Source: an uncultured SAR86 cluster bacterium
Lineage (GTDB): Bacteria; Pseudomonadota; Gammaproteobacteria; Magnimaribacterales; AG-339-G14
DNA: 64,000 bases
Reading direction: 5' to 3'
Assembly: GCA_902624765.1 (NCBI GenBank)
Contig: CACNYO010000001.1
Span: 95,645 to 159,644 of the forward strand
The translations under genes were made by a program, and so were the position numbers. Positions 34,885 to 43,212 of this stretch are shown in pieces. How positions within the stretch are numbered: position 1 is the first letter of the stretch; each line of letters begins with the position of its first letter. The notes below the pieces were generated by a model that was given only the letters and a program-made list of their open reading frames with translations, searched no databases and had not been told where the DNA came from.

Positions 34885-35253
34885 TTAGTTTGTAGAGGTT
34901 GCAGTTGCAGTTGATGTTGTGGTTGATGTAGCAGGCGCTGTTGCTGTGACAGTTGTAGTTGCTGTTTCAGTTTCAACTTCAGCCTCTTCCTCTTCTTCAA
35001 CTTCCTCTTCTTCTTCCTCCTCCTCTTCTTGGACTGGAGGAAGTGGTTCAGGTTTAGCTACTTTATCCCCATCTTGAGCATCAACAATTGCAGCTACTGC
35101 TAAAACAGCTGCAGCAATTGCAGCTATAACTCCACTGGATAAGGACCCAGCAGCACCTGATGCACTTGAACCTCCTGCTCCACCAGATTGAGTGAAAGAT
35201 AAAGGCGCAAAGATCATGCAGAAAGCTATTGTCAGTACTTTTAGTAATTTCAT
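34885..35253 (-). CDS. YjbE/GfcA-like low-complexity secreted/membrane protein (signal peptide, G/S/A-rich segment, Ala/Val/Ile hydrophobic segment, poly-Glu block, Thr/Ala tail)
   Basis: MKLLKVLTIAFCMIFAPLSFT signal peptide. SGGAGGSSASGAAGSLSS. GVIAAIAAAVLAVAAIV. QEEEEEEEEEVEEEEEAEVETE. TATTTVTATAPATSTTTSTATATSTN. The architecture and its position next to yjbF/yjbH match E. coli YjbE/GfcA (Thr-rich small proteins), apart from the acidic block. Confidence 0.6.
   Translation of the reverse strand: MKLLKVLTIAFCMIFAPLSFTQSGGAGGSSASGAAGSLSSGVIAAIAAAVLAVAAIVDAQDGDKVAKPEPLPPVQEEEEEEEEEVEEEEEAEVETETATTTVTATAPATSTTTSTATATSTN
34983..35030. repeat. polypyrimidine/polypurine tract (48 nt with only 2 purines on the + strand, including a 30-nt uninterrupted C/T run at 35001-35030) encoding the poly-Glu block
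   Basis: Read directly: cctcttcctcttcttcAActtcctcttcttcttcctcctcctcttctt. Confidence 0.9.
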
Positions 35254-35405
35254 AATTTACCTCAATTAAATTTCTCGTCCCAGAGATGTTGCCATAATAT
35301 ATATATTTTAGGCATTTGTGAATATATTTTTTATTTTTTTGAGTGAATGTATCATGAGCCCAAAATTTGTAAGATATGAATAATTAGAACAGTTTTTTTG
35401 CCTTT

Positions 35406-36416
35406 ATGAATCTAATAATAAATTATAGTTTGAAAATCCTAAGACTTCTCCCTCCAGAAGCCTCAAGTGATTTATCTTTAATAACTAATAAACTTTTTTT
35501 TCTGATCTTTAATTATTTTATAAAAAATAATTATCTACAAAAGACAAAAAACAAAAATATCAGTTTACTAAATCTAAACTTCCCTAACAGGATAGGTTTA
35601 GGAGCCGGATTAGATAAAAAAGGGAAATATGTTGAGTCTCTAGGAAATTTGGGATTTGGTTTTATTGAAGTTGGAACTTTCACGCCTTTGCCACAAAAAG
35701 GAAATGAGCATCCAAGAATTAAAAGACTTAAGTCAAAAAATTCCTTAATAAACAGGTTGGGTTTCAATAATCCAGGAATTGATATTGGATTAAAAAATTT
35801 AGAAAAAAATAGAAAAAAATTCAATGGAATTGTTGGAATAAGCATTGGAAAAAACAAAAATACTTCTCTTGAATCTGCTCATCTTGATTATGTTTATTGT
35901 CTTCAGAAAGCTTATCTAGCTGCAGATTATATTGCATTAAATATTTCATCACCCAATACTGACGGGCTTAGGGAGCTTTTTAGAGAAAATTATTTTGATA
36001 GTCTTATTGGAAATATAAATTATGAGGCTTCCAAGCTCCAAAAAGATCTAAATAAGTTTACCCCTCTTTTTTTAAAAATATCTCCCGACGAAAATGAAGA
36101 AAGAATAGAAGAAATAATCGAGTGTTCCTTGAGAAATAATATTTCTGGATTCATAGTTTCAAATACTTCTCTAGGTCAATTCAAAAACATTGAAGGAGGT
36201 ATTAGTGGAGAATTATTAAAGGCAAAATCAATACGAATGCTTCAAATTGTTAATAAAATAAATGCTAGAAGAGGCTTAGTTATATCTTCTGGAGGTATTT
36301 CAACAAAAGAAGACCTTGAACAAAGACGAGCTTTAGGAGCAGATCTTTTTCAAATATATACAAGCTTTGTCTACGAAGGCCCTAAAATAATTGATGACTT
36401 ATTGCATTGGTCTTGA
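35406..36416 (+). CDS. pyrD: dihydroorotate dehydrogenase (quinone), class 2
   Basis: GLGAGLDKKG, GFGFIEVGTFTP, NRLGFNN.G, ALNISSPNT. Collinear with E. coli PyrD. Confidence 0.93.
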   Translation: MNLIINYSLKILRLLPPEASSDLSLITNKLFFLIFNYFIKNNYLQKTKNKNISLLNLNFPNRIGLGAGLDKKGKYVESLGNLGFGFIEVGTFTPLPQKGNEHPRIKRLKSKNSLINRLGFNNPGIDIGLKNLEKNRKKFNGIVGISIGKNKNTSLESAHLDYVYCLQKAYLAADYIALNISSPNTDGLRELFRENYFDSLIGNINYEASKLQKDLNKFTPLFLKISPDENEERIEEIIECSLRNNISGFIVSNTSLGQFKNIEGGISGELLKAKSIRMLQIVNKINARRGLVISSGGISTKEDLEQRRALGADLFQIYTSFVYEGPKIIDDLLHWS

Positions 36417-36450
36417 CAAAAAAAATAAATTAAGACAAAACTAAAAAAAG

Positions 36451-38943
36451 ATGAATAACTTGGTGATAGTAGAGTCTCAGGCTAAAGCAAAAAAAATTCA
36501 AGGTTTCTTGGAAAAGAGTTTCCCATCAGATCAATGGAATGTTCATGCATGTCTTGGCCATGTTCGAGACTTAAAAGATGATGAATCAGCAGTAGATCCT
36601 AAGGATTGGTCAAATCTTAAATGGGAGTCAACATCAAAAGGGAGGAAGACACTCAAAGAAATAAGAGAATTTGCTAAAAATTCATCAGGAATATACTTAG
36701 CCTCCGATCCAGACAGAGAAGGCGAAGCAATAGCTTGGCACATATTGGATCACTTGAAAGGCAAAAAACTCATAGATGGAAAAGAAATTTATAGAATATC
36801 TTTTAACGAAATTACCCAATCTGCAATAAAGTTAGCAGTCGAAAATCCAAGAGAAATTGATCAATTCCTTGTCGATGCTTACTTAGCAAGAAGAGTTTTA
36901 GATCACTTGATTGGTTTTAAAGTTAGTCCACTTCTATGGAGACATGTACCAAGAGCAAAATCAGCAGGAAGAGTCCAATCTCCAACTTTGAGGATTATTT
37001 GTGATCGAGAAGATGAAATTGATGCTTTTTGTCCAGAAGAGTTTTGGCCTATAAAAGTTGATTTCAAAACTGAAGATCACATTTTTAATTCTGACTTAGT
37101 AAGATTTAATGGAAATGATTTAAAAAAGATACCAATTAAATCCGAGCAAGAGGCTTTTAATTTGAGGCAGGAAATAGAGAAAACAAAATTCTCCATTTCT
37201 GAGATTCAAGAAAAGGAAGTCTCATATTCCCCAAAAGCTCCTTTCAGAACATCCACTCTTCAGCAGACAGCATCTAGTAAGTTATTTTTTAATCCTGAAA
37301 GAACAATGCAAGTAGCGCAATCTTTATATGAGGCTGGATTGATAACCTATATGAGAACTGATGGAATAGGTATAAGCACAGAGATTGTAAATGAAATAAG
37401 GAATTTGATTTCGTCAGAATTTGGAAAAAACTATCTCCCTGAAAGCCCAAAAATATACAAATCAAAAGCAGCCAATGCACAAGAAGCTCACGAACCAATA
37501 AGACCAACAGACATCACTAATAAACCAGAAAATACCAATGGATTAAATCAAGATCAGCAGAATCTATATAATCTGATTTGGCAAAGAACCGTTGCTAGCC
37601 AATTACAAAACTCAAGATATCTAAGAAAAACAATCTTAATTGAAGATCAAGATAAAAGGTTTCAACTTAGAACAAGTGGAAGAGAAATTATATTTGATGG
37701 TTTTGAGAAAGTACTAAATGATGATGCGGGCTCTGAAGAATCTCAAAAATTGCCAAGACTCCATCAAGATTCATCACTTGAAATTAACGATGTAATCACT
37801 GAACAAAAATTTACTTCTCCTCCTAGAAGATTTTCAGAAGCATCACTTATAAAGAATATGGAAGATGAAGGTATTGGAAGACCTTCAACTTATGCAAGCA
37901 CTGTAAAAAATCTTAGAGATAGGAAATATACTTTCGGTGCAAAAAGTATTAATCCTTCTGATTTAGGCAGAATTTTGGTTTCATATTTATCAAAAGCATA
38001 TGAATCTTTCTTTATAGAAATAGACTTTACTGCGGAATTAGAGAAAAGCTTGGATCGGGTATCTTCAGGCTCAATCCTCTGGACGGATGTCTTAGATGAT
38101 TTTTTTGCCAAACTTCTAGAGCATATTTCAAAAATAGAAGAATTCAGGACTAGAGAAATTTTAGATATGCTCAATGAACAAATCGGACATAGAGCTTTTC
38201 CAAAAAATGATAAAGATGTCGTGATTAGTAATTGTCCGAAATGTTCTAGCGAGATTAGTATTAAACATGGAAGGTGGGGTTTTTTTGTAGGTTGTGGAGA
38301 ATGTCAATGGACCAAGCCAGTATTTGAGAAATCAATAAAGTTTGAAACATATGCATTGCTTCCAAAAGATCTTGGCATTCATCCTGATACGGGTCAGTCT
38401 GTTTTTGCTGATATAAGCATAAATGGTCCATGCATATGGACATTAAATGAGGAAAAAAAGATATTTGGCACGCCTGATGAAGATGAGGATATTCTCGAAA
38501 TCGGACTCAATAGAGCACTTGAACTGATTGACAGATCTAATAAAGAGAACATTTTATTCATAGAACCAAACAGCGGTATTCCTGTGACTTTAAAAAATGG
38601 AAGATTTGGAGAATATACAGAATTCAATGGATTTAATAAGGCTACAAAACTTAAGGGTAAAGTCACCTATGATCCTGATACATTTAATTATCAGGATGAA
38701 GGGGACCAAATTAAAGTTTTGAAAGCTCTAAGGATCCTAGGTTTTGAAGAGGAATCTAAGATCCCTATAGGAATTAAGATAAAAAAATTGGGAAAAGCAT
38801 TTAAATTCAAAAAGGTAATTAAACATGGAGAAGATGAATTTGAATGTCCAGATAACTTTTATAAGCTTGATGAAGACGAACAAAGGGAACTAATAAAGGA
38901 AGCGATTAAACCAAAAAAAATATTTTTTTTAGAGCAAAGCTAA
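36451..38943 (+). CDS. topA: DNA topoisomerase I
   Basis: TOPRIM N-terminus LVIVESQAKAKKIQGFL, DPDREGEAIAWH, active-site region GLITYMRTDG, and a C-terminal zinc-ribbon CPKCSS...GCGEC. Confidence 0.95.
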   Translation: MNNLVIVESQAKAKKIQGFLEKSFPSDQWNVHACLGHVRDLKDDESAVDPKDWSNLKWESTSKGRKTLKEIREFAKNSSGIYLASDPDREGEAIAWHILDHLKGKKLIDGKEIYRISFNEITQSAIKLAVENPREIDQFLVDAYLARRVLDHLIGFKVSPLLWRHVPRAKSAGRVQSPTLRIICDREDEIDAFCPEEFWPIKVDFKTEDHIFNSDLVRFNGNDLKKIPIKSEQEAFNLRQEIEKTKFSISEIQEKEVSYSPKAPFRTSTLQQTASSKLFFNPERTMQVAQSLYEAGLITYMRTDGIGISTEIVNEIRNLISSEFGKNYLPESPKIYKSKAANAQEAHEPIRPTDITNKPENTNGLNQDQQNLYNLIWQRTVASQLQNSRYLRKTILIEDQDKRFQLRTSGREIIFDGFEKVLNDDAGSEESQKLPRLHQDSSLEINDVITEQKFTSPPRRFSEASLIKNMEDEGIGRPSTYASTVKNLRDRKYTFGAKSINPSDLGRILVSYLSKAYESFFIEIDFTAELEKSLDRVSSGSILWTDVLDDFFAKLLEHISKIEEFRTREILDMLNEQIGHRAFPKNDKDVVISNCPKCSSEISIKHGRWGFFVGCGECQWTKPVFEKSIKFETYALLPKDLGIHPDTGQSVFADISINGPCIWTLNEEKKIFGTPDEDEDILEIGLNRALELIDRSNKENILFIEPNSGIPVTLKNGRFGEYTEFNGFNKATKLKGKVTYDPDTFNYQDEGDQIKVLKALRILGFEEESKIPIGIKIKKLGKAFKFKKVIKHGEDEFECPDNFYKLDEDEQRELIKEAIKPKKIFFLEQS

Positions 38944-39542
38944 TTATAATTTCTGAGAACTCCGAGACATTTTCCTTCAATATCAAAGCTTTCAATTGAA
39001 GTGTTGATCTCGATATCTTTGTAGTTTTTGTTTTCAGGCCTCAATATGACCTTTTTTTTATCAAAGTGAAAAAGAGTTTTGACAGTAACATCATCATTTA
39101 TTCTAGCTACAACAATATCTCCAAGTTTGACATCCTTTCTTTTATTTATAGCAATAAGATCACCCTCAATGATACCTACTTCATTCATGCTATCGCCTTT
39201 TACTCTCAGGAAATAATCAACAGAATCAGAAAAGATATTTCCGTTAAATTCTATTCTTTCTTCTACGTTCTCAACTGCTAACAAAGGCGAACCAGCTGCA
39301 ACTGAACCAACTATGGGAATCCCTAAAAAAGATCTATTTATGGATATTCCTCGTGAAGTCCCACCGTGTAGATCAATATACCCTTTTTTATCAAGAGCTT
39401 TAAGATGCTCTTCAGCTGAATTAGCTGATTTAAAGCCAAATTTTTGAGCTATTTCCTTCCTGGTTGGAGGCATACCTTCTGTAGAAATGACCTTAGAGAT
39501 AAAAGTTAAAATTTCAGATTGTCTAGTTGTTAATGTTCTCAT
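38940..39542 (-). CDS. lexA: LexA repressor
   Basis: N-terminal wHTH (LTTRQSEILTFI), cleavage site VAAGSP, and catalytic GDSM ... K (VKTL). 200 aa. Confidence 0.95.
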   Translation of the reverse strand: MRTLTTRQSEILTFISKVISTEGMPPTRKEIAQKFGFKSANSAEEHLKALDKKGYIDLHGGTSRGISINRSFLGIPIVGSVAAGSPLLAVENVEERIEFNGNIFSDSVDYFLRVKGDSMNEVGIIEGDLIAINKRKDVKLGDIVVARINDDVTVKTLFHFDKKKVILRPENKNYKDIEINTSIESFDIEGKCLGVLRNYN

Positions 39543-39561
39543 ACTGTGTATTTATACAGTA
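39542..39561. promoter_or_regulatory. SOS box (LexA operator) at the lexA start
   Basis: TACTGTGTATTTATACAGTA matches the gammaproteobacterial consensus TACTG(TA)5CAGTA, with the core CTGT-N8-ACAG at 39544-39559. Its last base on the lexA strand is the A of the lexA ATG. Confidence 0.85.
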
Positions 39562-39644
39562 TAAATTGGAAAAATCAAAAAACTATATATAATTTTCTGA
39601 CAAAATTTACTTTTTTTTATAATTTTAGGTTATATAATAAATTC

Positions 39645-40619
39645 ATGAAATTTCAACAATTACTATACGTTCGTGAAGTAGCTAGAAGCAATTTGAATGT
39701 TTCTCAAGCTTCGAAGAATCTTTACACCTCGCAACCTGGAATAAGTAAGCAAATTAAATTGCTCGAGGAAGAATTAGGAATTGAGTTGTTTGAGAGATCC
39801 GGGAAACATTTGGTGGCTATTACTCCCATTGGCAAAAGAATACTTGAGCAGATTGAGGAAATTCTTGCACTTGTTGATGGTATTAAACATGCTGCAACAG
39901 AGTTTTCTAATGAGGATTATGGTTCATTGGCTATTGCAACTACGCACACTCAAGCCAAATTTACCCTACCTCCTGTGGTGGATAAATTTGTTAAGAAATA
40001 TCCCAATGTCTCCTTTCAAATGAATCAATGCACGCCAGACGAGTCAGTGGAAATGGCTGCAAAAGGCGAAGTTGATTTGGCAATTTGGACAGAAACATCC
40101 GAAAAAGGTGAAACACTGATTAAACTTCCTGCCTACAAATGGTCAAGAAGTTTAATAGTTCCCAAAGGGCATCCTCTTGCCGATGTAACCAAGCCAAAAC
40201 TAAAACATTTGGCTGAATTTCCGATAGTTACTTATGTTTTTGGGTTTACTGGCAGTAATGACCTTGATAGAGCTTTTTTTGAAAGAGGTTTGAAAGCTAA
40301 TGTTGTTTTTACTGCGACCGATGCTGACGTAATAAAGACATATGTTAAACAAGGAATAGGAGTAGGAATCATTGCATCCATGGCTTTCAATGAACAAGAG
40401 GACAAAGACCTAGTAGCCATTAACGCTAACCACCTATTTGATTCAGGTACGACATACATTGGATTTAGGAGGGGAACGTATCTAAGAAGCCACTTGTACC
40501 AGTTCATTCAAATGTTCGCTCCCCATCTAAAAACAGAATTAATTGCAAAAGCTTGTGCAACTAAATCAAAAAAAGAATTAGATAAAATATTTGAATCCAT
40601 TAAACTCATCAGGAGATAA
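39645..40619 (+). CDS. cysB: LysR-type transcriptional regulator CysB (or Cbl paralogue)
   Basis: From the internal ATG at 39645: MKFQQLLYVREVARSNLNVSQASKNLYTSQPGISKQIKLLEEELG. This is collinear with E. coli CysB over the whole length (TTHTQA.., VTYVFGFTG, FTATDADVIKTYV, IGFRRGTYLR) and has the same 324-aa length. The ORF-track start at 39546 is a GTG extension through the SOS box. Confidence 0.85.
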   Translation: MKFQQLLYVREVARSNLNVSQASKNLYTSQPGISKQIKLLEEELGIELFERSGKHLVAITPIGKRILEQIEEILALVDGIKHAATEFSNEDYGSLAIATTHTQAKFTLPPVVDKFVKKYPNVSFQMNQCTPDESVEMAAKGEVDLAIWTETSEKGETLIKLPAYKWSRSLIVPKGHPLADVTKPKLKHLAEFPIVTYVFGFTGSNDLDRAFFERGLKANVVFTATDADVIKTYVKQGIGVGIIASMAFNEQEDKDLVAINANHLFDSGTTYIGFRRGTYLRSHLYQFIQMFAPHLKTELIAKACATKSKKELDKIFESIKLIRR

Positions 40620-40620
40620 T

Positions 40621-41220
40621 TTGGATTATTTGTGCCTGGATTTTGAGGGAGTTTTGATTCCTGAAATATGGCAAGAAGTCTCCAAGGCAACTGGCATAGA
40701 AGATCTGATGCTAACAACTCAAGATCTTGAGAGTTATGAAGAACTAATGGACATTCGCCTTAAATTAGTTTCCGATAACAACATTACAATCCATGACATT
40801 ATGGAGATTGTTAAAAAAATGGAACCTATGGATGGCGCAGCTGATTTTTTATCTTGGGCAAGAGATAATTTTCAAGTTTCCATTGTTTCAGATACTTTCT
40901 ATGAGTTATGTTGGCCCTTAGTTAGAAAGTTAAACTATCCACATTTGATTTGTCATCATTTAGAGCTTAATGGTTCTGAAATAATCGGCTACAAGTTAAA
41001 GCAAGATAATAATAAACAAAAGGTCATTGAGGCTATTAAGGAAACCATGAAATTTAAAGTTTTTGCTGCTGGAGATTCTTACAACGACATCAATATGTTG
41101 AATTCTGCAGATCAAGGTTTCTTTTTTCAAGCTCCTTCACACATCAAAGAAAAATATCCACATTTAGAAACTATAAAAGATCATAATGAACTTAAGATTA
41201 AGTTAGAGAACTACTTATGA
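40621..41220 (+). CDS. thrH: ThrH-like HAD phosphatase (phosphoserine phosphatase/homoserine phosphotransferase)
   Basis: Collinear with P. aeruginosa ThrH as recalled (CLDLEGVL.PEIW..., ..SDTFYE......L..P.L.CH.LE......GY.L...., AAGDSYND..ML). An AGGAG SD at 40611-40615 precedes the TTG at 40621. The ORF-track ATG at 40591 would overlap cysB by 29 nt. Confidence 0.8.
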   Translation: MDYLCLDFEGVLIPEIWQEVSKATGIEDLMLTTQDLESYEELMDIRLKLVSDNNITIHDIMEIVKKMEPMDGAADFLSWARDNFQVSIVSDTFYELCWPLVRKLNYPHLICHHLELNGSEIIGYKLKQDNNKQKVIEAIKETMKFKVFAAGDSYNDINMLNSADQGFFFQAPSHIKEKYPHLETIKDHNELKIKLENYL

Positions 41221-42074
41221 GCTGGGACAAATTAATAAAAGAGAACAAACCTCTTGTCATAGTAGGAACAATAAATGCTTATTCCGCTCTTTTAGCTGAA
41301 AGGGCGGGCATTCAAGCTATATATCTTTCAGGAGGTGGGGTAGCTAATGCCAGTTACGGACTTCCTGACTTAGCCATGACTTCAAGAGAAGATGTTTTAG
41401 AAGATGTTAGAAGAATAAGGTCTGCTACAAAACTCCCCCTACTAGTGGACATTGATACCGGTTGGGGCTCCGCATTAAGCATTTCTAGGACTATTAAAGA
41501 AATGATATCTGCGGGTGCATCGGGTGTTCACATTGAAGATCAAGTGAGCGAAAAAAGGTGTGGTCATAGACCTAATAAAGAAATAGTTAGTTGTGAAGAA
41601 ATGGTCGATAGAGTCAAAGCAGCAAAAGATGCACAGACTGACGACAATTTCTTGCTCATGGCAAGAACAGATGCATTTGCAAAGGGCGGACTTCAGGAAG
41701 TTATAGATAGATCAAATGCCTTTATAGAGGCAGGAGCAGGAGCTATATTTCCAGAGGCTATTTCAAAGTTAAAAGACTATGAGGAAATTTCAAAGAATGT
41801 ATCCAAGCCCATACTGGCCAATATAACTGAGTTTGGTATGACTCCTCTTTTTTCTCATAATGATCTTGCTGATGCGGGTGTAAAGATTGTTCTGCATCCC
41901 TTATCTGCTTTCAGAGCTATGTCCAAAGCTGCAGAAAAAGTATATGCTACCCTAGCTTCAGGTGGGGACCATGAAGGTTTACTTGATAAAATGCAAACAA
42001 GAGATGAATTGTATGATGTCCTGGATTATCATATGTACGAAGAGAAAATTGATAAACTTTTCGAAAAAAACTAA
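41217..42074 (+). CDS. prpB: methylisocitrate lyase
   Basis: Isocitrate-lyase/PEP-mutase motif IEDQVSEKRCGHRPNKE. 285 aa. Genomic context with prpC and prpD. Confidence 0.92.
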   Translation: MSWDKLIKENKPLVIVGTINAYSALLAERAGIQAIYLSGGGVANASYGLPDLAMTSREDVLEDVRRIRSATKLPLLVDIDTGWGSALSISRTIKEMISAGASGVHIEDQVSEKRCGHRPNKEIVSCEEMVDRVKAAKDAQTDDNFLLMARTDAFAKGGLQEVIDRSNAFIEAGAGAIFPEAISKLKDYEEISKNVSKPILANITEFGMTPLFSHNDLADAGVKIVLHPLSAFRAMSKAAEKVYATLASGGDHEGLLDKMQTRDELYDVLDYHMYEEKIDKLFEKN

Positions 42075-42080
42075 ATAATA

Positions 42081-43205
42081 ATGGCTGAAAAGAAACTAGA
42101 GGGTGCTGGCCTTCGTGGACAGGTAGCTGGACAAACAGCTCTCTCAACCGTTGGAAAAGAAGGAAAAGGACTCACTTACAGAGGATATGCAATTGAGGAA
42201 CTTTCTGAGAAAGCCTCATTTGAAGAGGTTGCTTACATGCTTCTTTATGGGAATTTACCTAACCAATCTCAGTTGAGTGAATACAAGGAAAAATTAAAAA
42301 AATATAGAGAGCTTCCGTCAGAATTAAAAAAAGTACTTGAACTGATTCCTGCATCTGCCCATCCAATGGATGTCCTAAGAACAGGCTGTTCCTTTCTGGG
42401 AAACATAGAACCAGAAGGAGATTTCTCTAATCAAACTGATATTGCTGATAGATTGATATCTATCTTCCCATCAATTGTTTGTTATTGGTATCGTTATTCG
42501 CATGACGGAGTATCAATAGAAACTGCTTCGGACCATGACTCTATTGGAGGTCACTTTCTTTCAATGCTTACAGGGAAAGAACCGAGTGAAGATCACTCAA
42601 GATGTTTAGATGTTTCTTTAATTCTCTATGCTGAACACGGATTCAATGCTTCAACTTTTACTGCTAGAACATGTGCCTCAACTTTGTCAGATCTTCATTC
42701 TTGTATCACTGGGGCTATTGGCACTCTAAGGGGGCCTCTTCATGGAGGTGCTAACGAAGCTGCGATGGAAATGATAGAAAAATTTTCTTCCAGAGAAGAC
42801 GCTAATGCTGGTGTGAAAAAAATGTTAGAAGCTAAAGAGAAAATAATGGGTTTCGGACATGCGGTTTACACTTCAGAGGATCCAAGAAGCGATATTATCA
42901 AGTCATGGGCTAAAAGATTAAGCGAACAGAATGGAGACGATACTCTTTATCAAGTCTCCGAAGAGATTGATAAAGTTATGGATGAAGAAAAAAATCTATT
43001 TCCAAATACTGACTTTTATATGGCATCAGCATATTCATACTTAGGCATTCCCACAAAAATTTTTACTCCCTTGTTTGTCATAGGCAGGACTTCAGGTTGG
43101 TCCGCAAATATCATTGAGCAAAGAGCTGATAATAGAATCATCCGACCCAGCGAGGAATATATTGGACCTGAAAAATCTGATTGGGTCGATATAGAAAATA
43201 GATAA
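42081..43205 (+). CDS. prpC: 2-methylcitrate synthase
   Basis: Citrate-synthase family (GPLHGGANE, GFGHAVY), 374 aa, flanked by prpB and prpD. Confidence 0.9.
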   Translation: MAEKKLEGAGLRGQVAGQTALSTVGKEGKGLTYRGYAIEELSEKASFEEVAYMLLYGNLPNQSQLSEYKEKLKKYRELPSELKKVLELIPASAHPMDVLRTGCSFLGNIEPEGDFSNQTDIADRLISIFPSIVCYWYRYSHDGVSIETASDHDSIGGHFLSMLTGKEPSEDHSRCLDVSLILYAEHGFNASTFTARTCASTLSDLHSCITGAIGTLRGPLHGGANEAAMEMIEKFSSREDANAGVKKMLEAKEKIMGFGHAVYTSEDPRSDIIKSWAKRLSEQNGDDTLYQVSEEIDKVMDEEKNLFPNTDFYMASAYSYLGIPTKIFTPLFVIGRTSGWSANIIEQRADNRIIRPSEEYIGPEKSDWVDIENR

Positions 43206-43212
43206 ACTTCAT

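Noticed and set aside
34885-35253. Possibility that the Glu/Thr-rich ORF is a non-coding low-complexity artefact.
   Set aside because: Kept as a gene. It has a textbook signal peptide. Its own 152-bp upstream region is shared with pyrD. A terminator hairpin lies downstream. Its architecture and position mirror yjbE/gfcA next to yjbF/yjbH. Expression evidence is still needed.
39645-40619. LysR-type regulator as the dedicated regulator of the downstream thrH-prpBCD genes.
   Set aside because: The protein is collinear with CysB over its whole length and is exactly CysB-sized (324 aa). It is therefore better read as the sulfur-assimilation regulator that merely neighbours the prp genes.
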